A stretch of DNA of 64,000 bases. It comes from a bacterium. Its GTDB lineage: Bacteria; Margulisbacteria; WOR-1; O2-12-FULL-45-9; XYB2-FULL-48-7. Location of the stretch: positions 39,829 to 103,828 of the forward strand of contig JBDRLW010000030.1 in NCBI GenBank assembly GCA_043812655.1. Reading direction: 5' to 3'. The translations under genes were made by a program, and so were the position numbers. Shown in pieces: positions 53,413 through 63,342 of this stretch (its first letter is position 1; each line of letters opens with the position of its first letter). The notes beneath the pieces were generated by a model. The model worked only from the letters and a program-made list of their open reading frames with translations. It was not told the origin of the DNA and did no database searches.

Positions 53413-54528
53413 TTAGGACTTTTCGATGAGGAAATTATAGAGGCTTTCGGTTTGCTTTGCAACCGCTAAGGACGAGAATCGTTCCCGCGCGTCATCCCGG
53501 GCCGCCCGCCCCATCTTTTCCCTTAATTGGCCATCTTTAAGCAACCGCCCAAGGTGCTCAACATAAACGTCTTGCCGTCGGGGCAACAGATACCCGTCAG
53601 TCCCGCCTCGCACTGCGTCGGTCAGTCCGCCGGCGAACAGCGCGACGATTGGCAGGCCGGCCCCCTTGGCTTCGGCTAAGACCAAGCCTTGGGTTTCGGT
53701 CAGCGAAGAAAAAACAAAAACATCGCCAATAAAATAATACCGCAAGATCTCCGGGTAGGGGACTTCACCGGTCACAATAATATTTTTATGATGATGTTTT
53801 CTTAGCTCTTTTTCCAGTGGTCCGCCGCCGACCAGGACCAACCGCAGGCCGTCAACCGCGAGTTGTTCAAAGGCCTTAACGATGAAAGGGAGGTTCTTTT
53901 CCTTGGAAAGCCGGCCGACATAGAGAAGGACTTTGTCGGTTGATAAAAGCCCGTATTTATTCCGGAGATTTTTCCTGGTTTCTTCGGCATTGCGAGGGTA
54001 GAGGGAAAGCTCGACCCCGGAGGGGATAACATGGATTGGCCGATCAACCTGCCATTTAAGCAGGACCCTTCTAGCCATCGCGGATGGTGTAATGACCGCG
54101 TCGGCGCCGCCGCAGAAAGAACGGAGGTAGGCAACAATCCCCATTTTTGCTAATTTTTTAGGAACGAACCTTGCATAATGGACATAACGGGTAAATAAAG
54201 TATGAAACGAATAAACAAAAGGGACCCCTTTTTTTCTGGCGATATACCTCGCCAACAACCCGGCCTGAAAAGGGGAATGGCTATGGATTAGGTCGATCTC
54301 GGGGACCTTTCGGATAAAGGGGATCGCCAAGCGAAACTTTGGGTAACCGCCAGCGATCGAAGGGAAACGAAAAATATCCGGGTCGGCGTCAACGTGTCCC
54401 GGGTAATGCGGAGCAAAAACGTAAACCTTATGGCCAAGGGCGCGCAATTCGTTGACCAATATCTCCGCCGAGTTGGTAACGCCGGAAAGGTACGGCTTGT
54501 AAGAGTCAGCAAAAAAAGCGATCTTCAC
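53413..54528 (-). CDS. GT4-family glycosyltransferase
   Basis: MKIAFFADSYKPYLSGV… N-terminus and E…E C-terminal motif typical of GT-B/GT4. Confidence 0.85.
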   Translation of the reverse strand: MKIAFFADSYKPYLSGVTNSAEILVNELRALGHKVYVFAPHYPGHVDADPDIFRFPSIAGGYPKFRLAIPFIRKVPEIDLIHSHSPFQAGLLARYIARKKGVPFVYSFHTLFTRYVHYARFVPKKLAKMGIVAYLRSFCGGADAVITPSAMARRVLLKWQVDRPIHVIPSGVELSLYPRNAEETRKNLRNKYGLLSTDKVLLYVGRLSKEKNLPFIVKAFEQLAVDGLRLVLVGGGPLEKELRKHHHKNIIVTGEVPYPEILRYYFIGDVFVFSSLTETQGLVLAEAKGAGLPIVALFAGGLTDAVRGGTDGYLLPRRQDVYVEHLGRLLKDGQLREKMGRAARDDARERFSSLAVAKQTESLYNFLIEKS

Positions 54529-55448
54529 TTTTTCAGTTTTTTGTAGAGTTCAGGGAGTTGACGCTGGATCGCCTGGATTTCCAGCTCTTTCTTGTGGTCG
54601 ATGGCGGGGAAGCCGGAGACGACAGAATTGGCCGGGATATCTTTGGTGACACCAGCTTTAGCCATAATGACCGTGTTTTCGCCGACAGTGATGTGGCCGT
54701 TAAAGCCGGCCATGCCACCGACGGAGACGTGGTCTTTAAAGGTAACAGAACCGGCAAAGCCGACAAGGGCTGTTACCGCGCAATTTTTTCCCAACACGCA
54801 GTTGTGGGCGATATGGGTCAAGCAATCGACCTTTGTCCCGGCGCCGATCCGGGTATTCCCCAAGGTCCCCCGGGCGATGCAAACATTGGCAAAAATTTCT
54901 ACGTCATCCTCAATTATTACCGAGCCAACTTGCGGGACCTTAATATAACGGTCTTTTTCCCAAACAAAACCGTAACCATCAACGCCGATCCTGGCGCCGG
55001 CATGGAGAGTGACGCGCCGGCCGATCTTTACCCCATCATAAATTGTGACGGAGGGATAAATTACGCAATCATCGCCAATCTCGCAATTTTCCCCAATGGT
55101 AACAAGGGGGTGAATCGCAACGCCCTGGCCGACTTTGGCGGTCTTGGCGATGACGGCGGTTTTATGGATGCCAAAATATTCTTTTTTCTTTGGCGCGAAG
55201 AGGGGAAGGATCAGGGCCAAGGCCAGCCGCGGATTCTTTACGTAGATGGCGGGCTTGCCAGTAACTTTTAAGTTAACGGGGGCGACGATCGCGGCACATT
55301 TAGACTGCAAAGCCGGAGCCAGAAACTTTTCTTCCAGGACGAAGATCAAGTCGCCGGCTCCGGCTTCTTCTATTGGGGCTACCCCCTGGACCTCTGCGTC
55401 GCCGGAGAGTTCCCCGGCGGCAATTTCCGCGATCTTTTTAAGCTTCAC
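54525..55448 (-). CDS. lpxD: UDP-3-O-acylglucosamine N-acyltransferase
   Basis: N-terminal domain plus left-handed beta-helix hexapeptide repeats. Adjacent to skp, as in E. coli. Confidence 0.9.
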   Translation of the reverse strand: MKLKKIAEIAAGELSGDAEVQGVAPIEEAGAGDLIFVLEEKFLAPALQSKCAAIVAPVNLKVTGKPAIYVKNPRLALALILPLFAPKKKEYFGIHKTAVIAKTAKVGQGVAIHPLVTIGENCEIGDDCVIYPSVTIYDGVKIGRRVTLHAGARIGVDGYGFVWEKDRYIKVPQVGSVIIEDDVEIFANVCIARGTLGNTRIGAGTKVDCLTHIAHNCVLGKNCAVTALVGFAGSVTFKDHVSVGGMAGFNGHITVGENTVIMAKAGVTKDIPANSVVSGFPAIDHKKELEIQAIQRQLPELYKKLKK

Positions 55449-55450
55449 GA

Positions 55451-55906
55451 CTACTTATTGAGTTCGGTGACGACCATGTCGGTCAGGTCCATTCCACCGG
55501 TGATGACCACTTGCTTGTCGAGAACGACATCAACCCCAACTTTTGAGGAAACCTTTTTAACGGCTTCCAGGATCTTGGCTTGGAGCTTGATGGTCAGCTG
55601 TTCATTGAGCTTGAGAAGACTGTCTCTTTTAGGGGAGAGTTTTTCTTCCAGCTCTTTTTTCATTTTTTCCAAATCCTCTTTTTTCTTGCCATCTTTTTCG
55701 GCTTTTTCTAATTTTTTCTGGCTTTCTTCAAATTCTTTTTTAAAACTGCCTTCTTGCTTGGCCAGTTCGGCCTGAGCTTTCGAAGTTTCTTTATATTCCT
55801 TAAAAACCTTTTGGACATCGATCGTGCCGATGCTGGAAAAACTAGCGCCAGAAGAGATCCCAGCGGCCAAGAAAAGCGCGAGGACTAAAAGTGCTATCTT
55901 TTTCAT
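55451..55906 (-). CDS. skp: periplasmic chaperone Skp/OmpH
   Basis: Signal peptide; Lys/Glu-rich coiled-coil arms. Confidence 0.8.
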   Translation of the reverse strand: MKKIALLVLALFLAAGISSGASFSSIGTIDVQKVFKEYKETSKAQAELAKQEGSFKKEFEESQKKLEKAEKDGKKKEDLEKMKKELEEKLSPKRDSLLKLNEQLTIKLQAKILEAVKKVSSKVGVDVVLDKQVVITGGMDLTDMVVTELNK

Positions 55907-55938
55907 TTTTTCACCCCCTCTATGATATGGGACACATT

Positions 55939-57768
55939 TTAACATTGACGCCTTTGCTTTTCAAGGCAAACGAGCAAAACGGCAATGTCGGCCGGGGAAA
56001 CCCCGGCGATCCGGCCGGCCGCGCCGACGGAAGCCGGACGCAATTTATCTAATTTTAATCTTGCCTCCGAAGAAAGGCCGCGTAATCCCTGGTAGTCAAA
56101 GGAAGAGGGGAGGAGCTTTTCTTCAAGCTTTTTAAAGCGGCCGATCTGAATAAGCTGGCGGGCAATATAGCCGGCATATTTTTCGCTGATCTCAATTTGC
56201 TCCGCGACTTCGGGAGAGGTCCTTTCTTTGTTCTCTACGGCAGCCTGTTTTTTTAAAAAAGCCTGATAGCGCTCTTCGGAAATTAATCCGGCGCGGTAGC
56301 CTTTTTCGGTTAAGCGGAGGTCGGCATTGTCTTGCCGTAAAAGGAGGCGATATTCTGACCTGGAAGTGAGCATCCGGTACGGCTCATTAATTTCCTTAGT
56401 GATGAGATCGTCAATTAGTGTCCCAATGTAGCTGTCGTCACGTAGCAAGATCAAGGGAGTCTGTTCTTTTATTTTTAGGGCGGCATTTATCCCGGCGACG
56501 ATCCCTTGAGCGGCAGCTTCTTCATAACCGGAGGTCCCATTAATTTGTCCGGCGCAAAAAAGTCCGCTTATCAGTTTAGCCTCCAGCGTGTTTTTTAATT
56601 GTTCCGGTAAAACATAATCATATTCAACTGCATAGCCGGGGCGAATGATCTCGACATTTTCAAGCCCAGCCATTGTCCGTAAAAAAGCCAGCTGGACATC
56701 TTCCGGGAGGGAGGTCGACATTCCTTGCGCGTACATTTCCAGGGTCTCTCTGCCGGTCGGTTCGATAAAACATTGATGCCGGTCTTTTTCCGGGAAGCGG
56801 ACAACCTTATCTTCGATCGAGGGGCAATACCTGGGGCCGACGCCCTGGATCTTTTTTTGAAATAAGGGAGAACGATCAAGGTTGGCGCGGATGATCTCAT
56901 GGGTGGCTTCGTTGGTCCACGTGAGATGGCAGGGGACTTGTGACAGGGAGAGGCAGGGATTATAGGGAAGAGCAGGGAGGAGGATGGAGTTCCCTTCCTT
57001 GCTCATCCCTGCTCTTCCTTGTCCCTCCTTGCAATCCCCGTACTGACGATATTCCCAGACAAACGAAAACATTCTGGGCGGCTCATCGCCGGGCTGGGGG
57101 GTCATTTTGGAAAAATCGATAGAGCGCTTGTTCAAACGAGCGGGAGTCCCGGTTTTTAAGCGACCAAGAGTTAGCCCAAGTTCTTTTAATGAAGCGGACA
57201 ATCCTTTGGCCGGGAATTCCCCCATCCTCCCGGCTTCCTGATGGTTCATCCCGACGTGGATAATGCCGTTTAGAAAAGTACCAGTAGTAACAATAACCGT
57301 CTTTCCTTCATAGATAACATCAAGCTTCGTCTTTATTCCCATTACCCCATTCGCATTACGCGCTACCAAAACTTCAGCCACCTCTCCCTGCTTCAAATCA
57401 AGGTTATCTTGTTCTTCCAAAACTTTTTTCATGATCCGATGATATTGCTTGCGGTCGGATTGCGCGCGCAAGGCTTGGACCGCCGGTCCTTTATTGGTAT
57501 TTAGCATCTTCATTTGCAGGAAAGTGAGGTCGGTGGTAATTCCCATCTGCCCGCCCAAAGCGTCAACTTCACGGACTAATTGGCTTTTGGCTGGACCACC
57601 GATGGCAGGATTACACGGCATAAATCCGATGGTATCTATATTCATGGTAAGAAGGAGCGTCTGGCAGCCCAAACGGGCAGAGGCCAAGGCCGCTTCGATC
57701 CCAGCGTGCCCGGCGCCAATGACGATAACATCATAGTGTTTGGGGTAGACCGTTGTATTAGCGAACAT
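55939..57768 (-). CDS. mnmG: tRNA uridine-5-carboxymethylaminomethyl synthesis enzyme MnmG (GidA), with a ~28-aa in-frame insertion
   Basis: FAD motif [16 protein letters not shown] and conserved …[11 protein letters not shown]…[13 protein letters not shown]… About 28 extra residues between the FSF and QVPC motifs relative to the E. coli enzyme. Confidence 0.9.
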   Translation of the reverse strand: MFANTTVYPKHYDVIVIGAGHAGIEAALASARLGCQTLLLTMNIDTIGFMPCNPAIGGPAKSQLVREVDALGGQMGITTDLTFLQMKMLNTNKGPAVQALRAQSDRKQYHRIMKKVLEEQDNLDLKQGEVAEVLVARNANGVMGIKTKLDVIYEGKTVIVTTGTFLNGIIHVGMNHQEAGRMGEFPAKGLSASLKELGLTLGRLKTGTPARLNKRSIDFSKMTPQPGDEPPRMFSFVWEYRQYGDCKEGQGRAGMSKEGNSILLPALPYNPCLSLSQVPCHLTWTNEATHEIIRANLDRSPLFQKKIQGVGPRYCPSIEDKVVRFPEKDRHQCFIEPTGRETLEMYAQGMSTSLPEDVQLAFLRTMAGLENVEIIRPGYAVEYDYVLPEQLKNTLEAKLISGLFCAGQINGTSGYEEAAAQGIVAGINAALKIKEQTPLILLRDDSYIGTLIDDLITKEINEPYRMLTSRSEYRLLLRQDNADLRLTEKGYRAGLISEERYQAFLKKQAAVENKERTSPEVAEQIEISEKYAGYIARQLIQIGRFKKLEEKLLPSSFDYQGLRGLSSEARLKLDKLRPASVGAAGRIAGVSPADIAVLLVCLEKQRRQC

Positions 57769-58309
57769 TTTTTTGGGTTTGTTTAATAAAATGCTGGTAT
57801 TTTTCGTTTTGCCCCTCAACTATCGCCCAGCGTTTTAGCTCTTTCAAATCAATTTTCTGTTGTCTATAAACCATTAGCGCCTGACCTAATGATTGTTGGT
57901 CATTCCAATGAAAATACGCCGCCAAGCGGTCTTTGACGCAGTCGGTGGGGCTTAATAGCCGCAACTCTCCGACCTTGGTCTTTATCTTTCGGACCGATTT
58001 AACCGGCTCCCGGCCTACGGATAGAGGGGGAGATAAAAATTCGATGATATAAGGACATTTTGGGTGAGCAAAAAAACCTTGCGCGGCAAGCTCAAAGCCG
58101 ATCTCGGCCATAACGGCCTTGATCTTTTTGCCGTGCAGATCAACAGCGCTGGTCACAAAGTCTAAATCCAAAGACTGATACTCATTTTTTGAGTAAATAG
58201 TCACGCAGCTGCCGCCAGTTAAGACCGCGTTGATCCGATATTTTCTAAGCTGTGTGGAGACGAAAACAGCCAGGTCCTTGATAGAAATAGAGGAGAGGTC
58301 TTTTTTCAA
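57758..58309 (-). CDS. nucleotidyltransferase-fold protein (AbiEii-like minimal NTase)
   Basis: …[12 protein letters not shown]… (hG[GS] motif) and …SLDLDFV… ([DE]h[DE]h motif). Overlaps the upstream wHTH gene by 4 nt. Confidence 0.6.
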   Translation of the reverse strand: MKKDLSSISIKDLAVFVSTQLRKYRINAVLTGGSCVTIYSKNEYQSLDLDFVTSAVDLHGKKIKAVMAEIGFELAAQGFFAHPKCPYIIEFLSPPLSVGREPVKSVRKIKTKVGELRLLSPTDCVKDRLAAYFHWNDQQSLGQALMVYRQQKIDLKELKRWAIVEGQNEKYQHFIKQTQKNVR

Positions 58310-58689
58310 AGAGGTTTTCCCGCGCGTCTCGGCCGCAGACGAGGTTGATAATACTCCTTCCTCTCTTCTTTGCCTAGAAAGGAAAGGGCTTTTTGGAGCA
58401 GAGCTTTTAGCTCATCCAGGAAGGGATAGCGGGGATTAAAGCTATAAAGCCGAGTTCTTCCCCGAAGCTGACTGACCAGGACCCCCCCATTTTCCAGCTT
58501 TTTAAGCTGGTTTTGGACAGAAAGAAGGTGTCCTCCAAAAAGGGCAACGAGGTCTCGGGCATAGGTTTCTTTGCGGGTCAAGACCGTAAAGAGGATCCTT
58601 TCTTTAACTGGACTATCTAATATTGGCTTTAGCATAAAGAAATTATAACATAGCCAGCGAAAAACGGCAAGACTATTAATGTTAGTCAT
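58306..58689 (-). CDS. winged-helix DNA-binding protein (putative antitoxin or regulator partner of the NTase)
   Basis: …KERILFTVLTRKETYARDLVALFGGHLLSVQNQLKKLENGGVL… wHTH pattern. Confidence 0.55.
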   Translation of the reverse strand: MTNINSLAVFRWLCYNFFMLKPILDSPVKERILFTVLTRKETYARDLVALFGGHLLSVQNQLKKLENGGVLVSQLRGRTRLYSFNPRYPFLDELKALLQKALSFLGKEERKEYYQPRLRPRRAGKPL

Positions 58690-58830
58690 ATGACTAAGTA
58701 AGCTAGTCGAAGAAAACTCCCTGAAATTTCTCGGGGGTGCGATATATACTTGTCAGGATAGTCCCGGACAATAGAGGATCAGGAAATCAGGGTGTTCGGG
58801 AAACAAAAATATTTGTAGGAGGAAAGAAAG

Positions 58831-59286
58831 ATGAGGGTATCACGCACGAAGCTCCAGGCGCAAACAGCTTTAACGCCAAAAAGACCGACTGAGGTTTTAA
58901 GTGTTTGGCAGAATAAAAACAATCAGGCAGCGCAAGGGCTTATTCAGAAATTAGGCGGGAGCGCCCAGGAAACCTTGGCAGGATTATTTTCAGCTGACGA
59001 AAAGAGCTTTAGAGGCAGGCTGGGGGCGGCGTTTGAAGTCGGCGTAATCCGCGCAGGTGTAGTTTCGCCAGTGGGGCATTTTCAGCTGCCAGCTGTTGAC
59101 GCAGGGGAAAGGCCTATAATGACTAGGCTTGAAAGCTGCATTCTTGATCAAGCACCCAATATTGTGATCAACCAACTTTCCGAAGAAGTGATAAAATCAA
59201 TACTCAAACTAGTTATTTACGCGGATATTCCACGATCCCGCATTATTGGGCGAGTCTTAGACGGGGGGCAAAAATTCTCGAAGTAG
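58831..59286 (+). CDS. hypothetical protein (151 aa)
   Basis: ORF only; no recognisable motifs. Confidence 0.3.
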   Translation: MRVSRTKLQAQTALTPKRPTEVLSVWQNKNNQAAQGLIQKLGGSAQETLAGLFSADEKSFRGRLGAAFEVGVIRAGVVSPVGHFQLPAVDAGERPIMTRLESCILDQAPNIVINQLSEEVIKSILKLVIYADIPRSRIIGRVLDGGQKFSK

Positions 59287-59293
59287 AAGGGCC

Positions 59294-60337
59294 CTAGCCC
59301 CTAATATCTCTGACCACAAAAACGAGGCCGATATTCTCACCCAGCAACTTATCGCGCAAGAGGCGGGCGTTGATCACCGAAGAGATAGATTCGCCATGAG
59401 GATTGATCATTTCGGCCTTAAAACATTCAATTATCAGCCCTTTCTTGGCGACCTCATTATATAGTTTGTAATAATCATCGACGTTCTTAAAGAGGTCTTT
59501 TATTGAATGGCCGGAAATTTCACTGGCGGGGACATGGAAAAATTTTTGCGCTTCCTCGTTCAAGAAAATGATCCGGCCAATTTGGTCGGTCACGATCAAG
59601 GAATCTGGCATGGTCTCGATAATGGTTTCAGCGGCCAGCGCAGGGGAGATCGAAAAAAGACTATGTTTACGTACCGCCCAAAAGATAAAGCCATTCATCA
59701 CAGCTAATAAAAGAACGCAGATCGGCGGAAAGACGCGGTGCCCAATAATTAGCGGCATTATCTCGTCATTTACCAGGCCGACCAGGGAAGGGACCAACAC
59801 GCCGTAAGCGATGAGCTGGGCTTGGGCTTTCACCGCCGGCTGGATCGTTTGTTTGGCGTAATTATAAAGCACTAAAAACGAAAAAGCCGAATAAACCAAA
59901 GACTCCAAGACAAACAGCCAATAAAAGACTGAAGGCTGGGTGGTAATGCCAAAGTTGTGGATCTCATGGCGGAGGAACATAACGTCGCCCATTAAGAATA
60001 AGACAGCAATGAGAATTGCCGGACCATAGATGACCGGTAGCGCCAAAGGTTGTTTTAATTTGTCTTCTCTTTTACAAAAGATCAGGGAAAAGTGGAGAAA
60101 AACCGGGAAGAGCAAGGCCCAAAAAACGCCGCTTAAGCGATTGATGGCCGCGGCGATCTCAAGCGTAAAAGCAATGCGGACCGAATACTCAAGGATGCCG
60201 GCAAAAAACGCGATCAAAGCGAACCGGGCAAAAAAACGGGCGGTCCGGTCTTCGTAGTGGCGGCTCATAATGCTAAACGCGAATAATAATGTAAAGAGGG
60301 CGGCGGCTAATTCAAAATATGGGAAGAACATTGCCAT
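59294..60337 (-). CDS. polytopic membrane protein with a C-terminal PAS domain (sensor module with no output domain)
   Basis: About 7 hydrophobic segments, then …IVTDQIGRIIFLNEEAQKFF…HSIKDLF… PAS-like. Start ambiguous (M1, M12 or M14). Confidence 0.6.
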   Translation of the reverse strand: MAMFFPYFELAAALFTLLFAFSIMSRHYEDRTARFFARFALIAFFAGILEYSVRIAFTLEIAAAINRLSGVFWALLFPVFLHFSLIFCKREDKLKQPLALPVIYGPAILIAVLFLMGDVMFLRHEIHNFGITTQPSVFYWLFVLESLVYSAFSFLVLYNYAKQTIQPAVKAQAQLIAYGVLVPSLVGLVNDEIMPLIIGHRVFPPICVLLLAVMNGFIFWAVRKHSLFSISPALAAETIIETMPDSLIVTDQIGRIIFLNEEAQKFFHVPASEISGHSIKDLFKNVDDYYKLYNEVAKKGLIIECFKAEMINPHGESISSVINARLLRDKLLGENIGLVFVVRDIRG

Positions 60338-60368
60338 GTTTTTTCGATTATAGTATAATAAAAACAAC

Positions 60369-61091
60369 ATGGCAAGACCCGTCTACAAACGAATTCTCCT
60401 CAAGCTCTCCGGTGAAGTCTTTGGCGGCCAGCAAAAATATGGGATCGACCTCGAAGTTTTAACTGTCGTCGCCAAAGAGATCAAAGCGGTTAAGGAGCAA
60501 GGGGTTGGGGTGGCGGTAGTGGTTGGCGGCGGGAACATTTTTCGCGGCGTCGCCGGTTCGGTCAAAGGGATCGATCGGGCGACCGGCGATTACATGGGGA
60601 TGCTGGCGACCGTGATCAACTCACTTGCCCTCCAAGACTCACTTGAAAGGGAAGGGGTCCCTTCCAGGGTACAAACTGCGATCGAAATGAGATCGATCGC
60701 CGAACCTTTCATTAGAAGAAAAGCGATCCGGCACATGGAAAAAGGGCGGGTCGTTATTTTAGCCGCCGGGACAGGCAATCCTTATTTTTCCACCGATACG
60801 ACCGCCGCTTTGCGCGCGGCCGAGCTTGATGTCGACGTTATCATTAAAGCGACCAAGGTTGACGGTGTTTACGATAAAGACCCCAAGCAATTTAATGACG
60901 CGAAAAGATTTAAGAAGATCACCCACATGGAAGTGATCCAAAAACGGCTCAAAGTGATGGACACTACCGCGGCTTCGCTCTGTATGGAAAACAGGATCCC
61001 GATCATTGTCCTTGACCTGACCAAAAAAGAGAACGTGAAAAAGGCCGTGCTGGGCAAAGAGGTTGGAACTTTAGTCGAAGTCGAAAAATAA
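60369..61091 (+). CDS. pyrH: UMP kinase
   Basis: …RILLKLSGE…[11 protein letters not shown]…. Confidence 0.92.
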   Translation: MARPVYKRILLKLSGEVFGGQQKYGIDLEVLTVVAKEIKAVKEQGVGVAVVVGGGNIFRGVAGSVKGIDRATGDYMGMLATVINSLALQDSLEREGVPSRVQTAIEMRSIAEPFIRRKAIRHMEKGRVVILAAGTGNPYFSTDTTAALRAAELDVDVIIKATKVDGVYDKDPKQFNDAKRFKKITHMEVIQKRLKVMDTTAASLCMENRIPIIVLDLTKKENVKKAVLGKEVGTLVEVEK

Positions 61092-61105
61092 AAAGGGGTA
61101 AACAT

Positions 61106-61660
61106 ATGCAAGACGTACTAAAAGAGACAGAATTAAAGATGCAAAGGTCGATCGAGGCGATGAAAAAGAATTTTTTGGCGATCAGGACCGGCCGCGCCAA
61201 CCCGGCGCTGCTTGACCACGTCCAGGTTGAATATTACGGGGCAAAGGTCCCGTTAAAACAAGTTGCTTCAATTGCGGTGCCGGAACCGCGGATGCTCCTT
61301 TTAACTCCCTTTGATAAAAGCGCGGCGCAGGCGATCGCCAACGCGATCTCTTCTTCTGACCTTGGGATCAATCCGAAAATCGAAGGGAACGTGATCCGCT
61401 TAAGCCTCCCCGAACTGTCCGAAGAAAGACGGAAAGACTTAATTAAAGTCGTGAAAAAAGAAGCGGAAGACGCCAAGGTCTCGATCCGCAACGGCCGGAG
61501 AGAGGCGCTTGATTTTTTAAAGAAACAAAAAGCGGACAAAGTGATCACCGAAGATGATGAAAAAGGGAAAGATAAAAAGATCCAGGAGATGACCGACAAG
61601 CATATTGCCGAAATCGATAAGTTGTTTGGCTTGAAAGAAAAAGAAGTTCTTGAGGTTTAA
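61106..61660 (+). CDS. frr: ribosome recycling factor
   Basis: …MKKNFLAIRTGRANPALLD… canonical RRF. Confidence 0.92.
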   Translation: MQDVLKETELKMQRSIEAMKKNFLAIRTGRANPALLDHVQVEYYGAKVPLKQVASIAVPEPRMLLLTPFDKSAAQAIANAISSSDLGINPKIEGNVIRLSLPELSEERRKDLIKVVKKEAEDAKVSIRNGRREALDFLKKQKADKVITEDDEKGKDKKIQEMTDKHIAEIDKLFGLKEKEVLEV

Positions 61661-61787
61661 ATTCTAAATACTAAACTCTAAATCCTAAATAAACCCAAAA
61701 TTATAATAATCAAAAAATAAGGTTTTAACATTTAAATTTCGGTAATTTAATATTGTTTAGAATTTAGGATTTAGTGCTTAGAATTTA
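61661..61787. repeat. long imperfect inverted repeat (~30-bp arms, ~65-bp spacer) between frr and uppS
   Basis: ATTCTAAATACTAAACTCTAAATCCTAAAT … ATTTAGGATTTAGTGCTTAGAATTT. Confidence 0.45.
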
Positions 61788-61792
61788 TTACT

Positions 61793-62494
61793 ATGGATAA
61801 ACAAAATATCCCACAACATATTGCCGTCATAATGGATGGGAATGGGCGTTGGGCGAAGAAAAAAGGTAAACCGCGTATTTTTGGCCACAAGGAAGGGGCT
61901 GAATCGCTCCGCGCGATCCTCAAAGCCTCGGCCGAATTCGGCGTTAAATATTTAACTGTCTACGCTTTTTCCACCGAAAACTGGGGACGACCACGAGATG
62001 AGGTCGATTTTTTAATGGGCCTATTTGCCTCAACGATCGACCGGGAAATGAAAGAGCTGATCAAAAATGGGGTCCGCCTTAAATTTTTAGGCCGCCTGCA
62101 AAAGTTCTCCCCAACCCTCCAAGAAAAAATGAACAAGGCGATGGAGCAGACCAAAGCTTGCGAGCGGATCCAGCTAAACGTGATGGTAAATTATGGGGGG
62201 AGGGCGGAGTTGGTGGATGCGGTGAATAAGGTGCTAGGGGTTAGGGAGCAGGGGCTAGGGGGAGAAGTAACAGAAGAAGAGATTCAGAAAAGTCTTTATA
62301 CTGCTGGAATTCCTGATCCAGATCTTTTAATTCGGACGGCGAATGAGCTGAGGGTTTCAAACTTTCTGCTTTGGCAGATCGCCTACAGTGAAATTTATGT
62401 GACCGAAACGCTCTGGCCGGATTTTCGGCGCGAACAATTGATCGCCGCGATCGAAGCGTACCAAAAAAGGGAGAGAAGATTCGGAAAATTATGA
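61793..62494 (+). CDS. uppS: undecaprenyl diphosphate synthase
   Basis: HIAVIMDGNGRWA and ELLIRTANELRVSNFLLWQ motifs. Confidence 0.92.
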   Translation: MDKQNIPQHIAVIMDGNGRWAKKKGKPRIFGHKEGAESLRAILKASAEFGVKYLTVYAFSTENWGRPRDEVDFLMGLFASTIDREMKELIKNGVRLKFLGRLQKFSPTLQEKMNKAMEQTKACERIQLNVMVNYGGRAELVDAVNKVLGVREQGLGGEVTEEEIQKSLYTAGIPDPDLLIRTANELRVSNFLLWQIAYSEIYVTETLWPDFRREQLIAAIEAYQKRERRFGKL

Positions 62495-63291
62495 AACCGC
62501 GCCTGTTAACCACCTTGGTTGGCGTTCCCATTGTTCTTGGGGCGGTTTACTTTGGTGGCCCGGCCTTCTTAATCCTCTCGCTGGTTTTAGCGGTTTTTGC
62601 GGTGAATGAATTTTATAATTTGATGATGAAGAAAGGCCTCTTCCCCGCTTATTATGTCGGCAATGTCATTACGGTTATCTTTATCTTGGTCGCGTACTAT
62701 TCTTTAAAGCGAAATTGGGAGCCGGCCCATTCGGCGATCTTAACCTTAGCCGCTGCCTTTGCCCTGATCTCGGGGATCTTTCTTAAGAGGGAAAAAGATA
62801 CAATAGTGGATGTTGCCGTTACAATATTAGGCGTTATTTATGTCGGCTGGTTTTTTAGCTACATTGTTTTTATCCGCGGCTTGACCGAGCATGGCGGCTA
62901 CCTTTTCTTTTTGATCTTTACGGTCTGGGCGATGGACGTCGCCGCCTATTTGACCGGAAAATATTTTGGCCGGACAAAATTAAACCCCGCGATCTCACCT
63001 AAAAAAACTTGGGAGGGAGCGGTCGTTGGTTTTGTCGTTAGCTTTGGGGCGGCTGGGATCCTTTGCCAAACAGCCCGGCTGGAGATCTGGCACGCGCTGA
63101 TCCTGGGCGGGCTGATCGGGATCTTTGGCCAAGTGTCCGACATGATTGAATCCCTGATCAAGCGCGACGCTGGGGCGAAAGATTCTTCAGATATTTTACC
63201 CGGCCACGGCGGCGTCCTTGACCGGATCGACTCCTTTGTATTAACCGCCCCGCTGATGTACTACTACCTGGTCTTGTTTGTGTTAAAATAG
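62491..63291 (+). CDS. cdsA: phosphatidate cytidylyltransferase
   Basis: Polytopic; C-terminal …GHGGVLDRIDS… signature. Confidence 0.88.
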   Translation: MKPRLLTTLVGVPIVLGAVYFGGPAFLILSLVLAVFAVNEFYNLMMKKGLFPAYYVGNVITVIFILVAYYSLKRNWEPAHSAILTLAAAFALISGIFLKREKDTIVDVAVTILGVIYVGWFFSYIVFIRGLTEHGGYLFFLIFTVWAMDVAAYLTGKYFGRTKLNPAISPKKTWEGAVVGFVVSFGAAGILCQTARLEIWHALILGGLIGIFGQVSDMIESLIKRDAGAKDSSDILPGHGGVLDRIDSFVLTAPLMYYYLVLFVLK

Positions 63292-63342
63292 TTGGAAAGT
63301 TAGTTAGTTTGTTAGTCTGTTAGTTTGTTAGGATAGAAAAAA

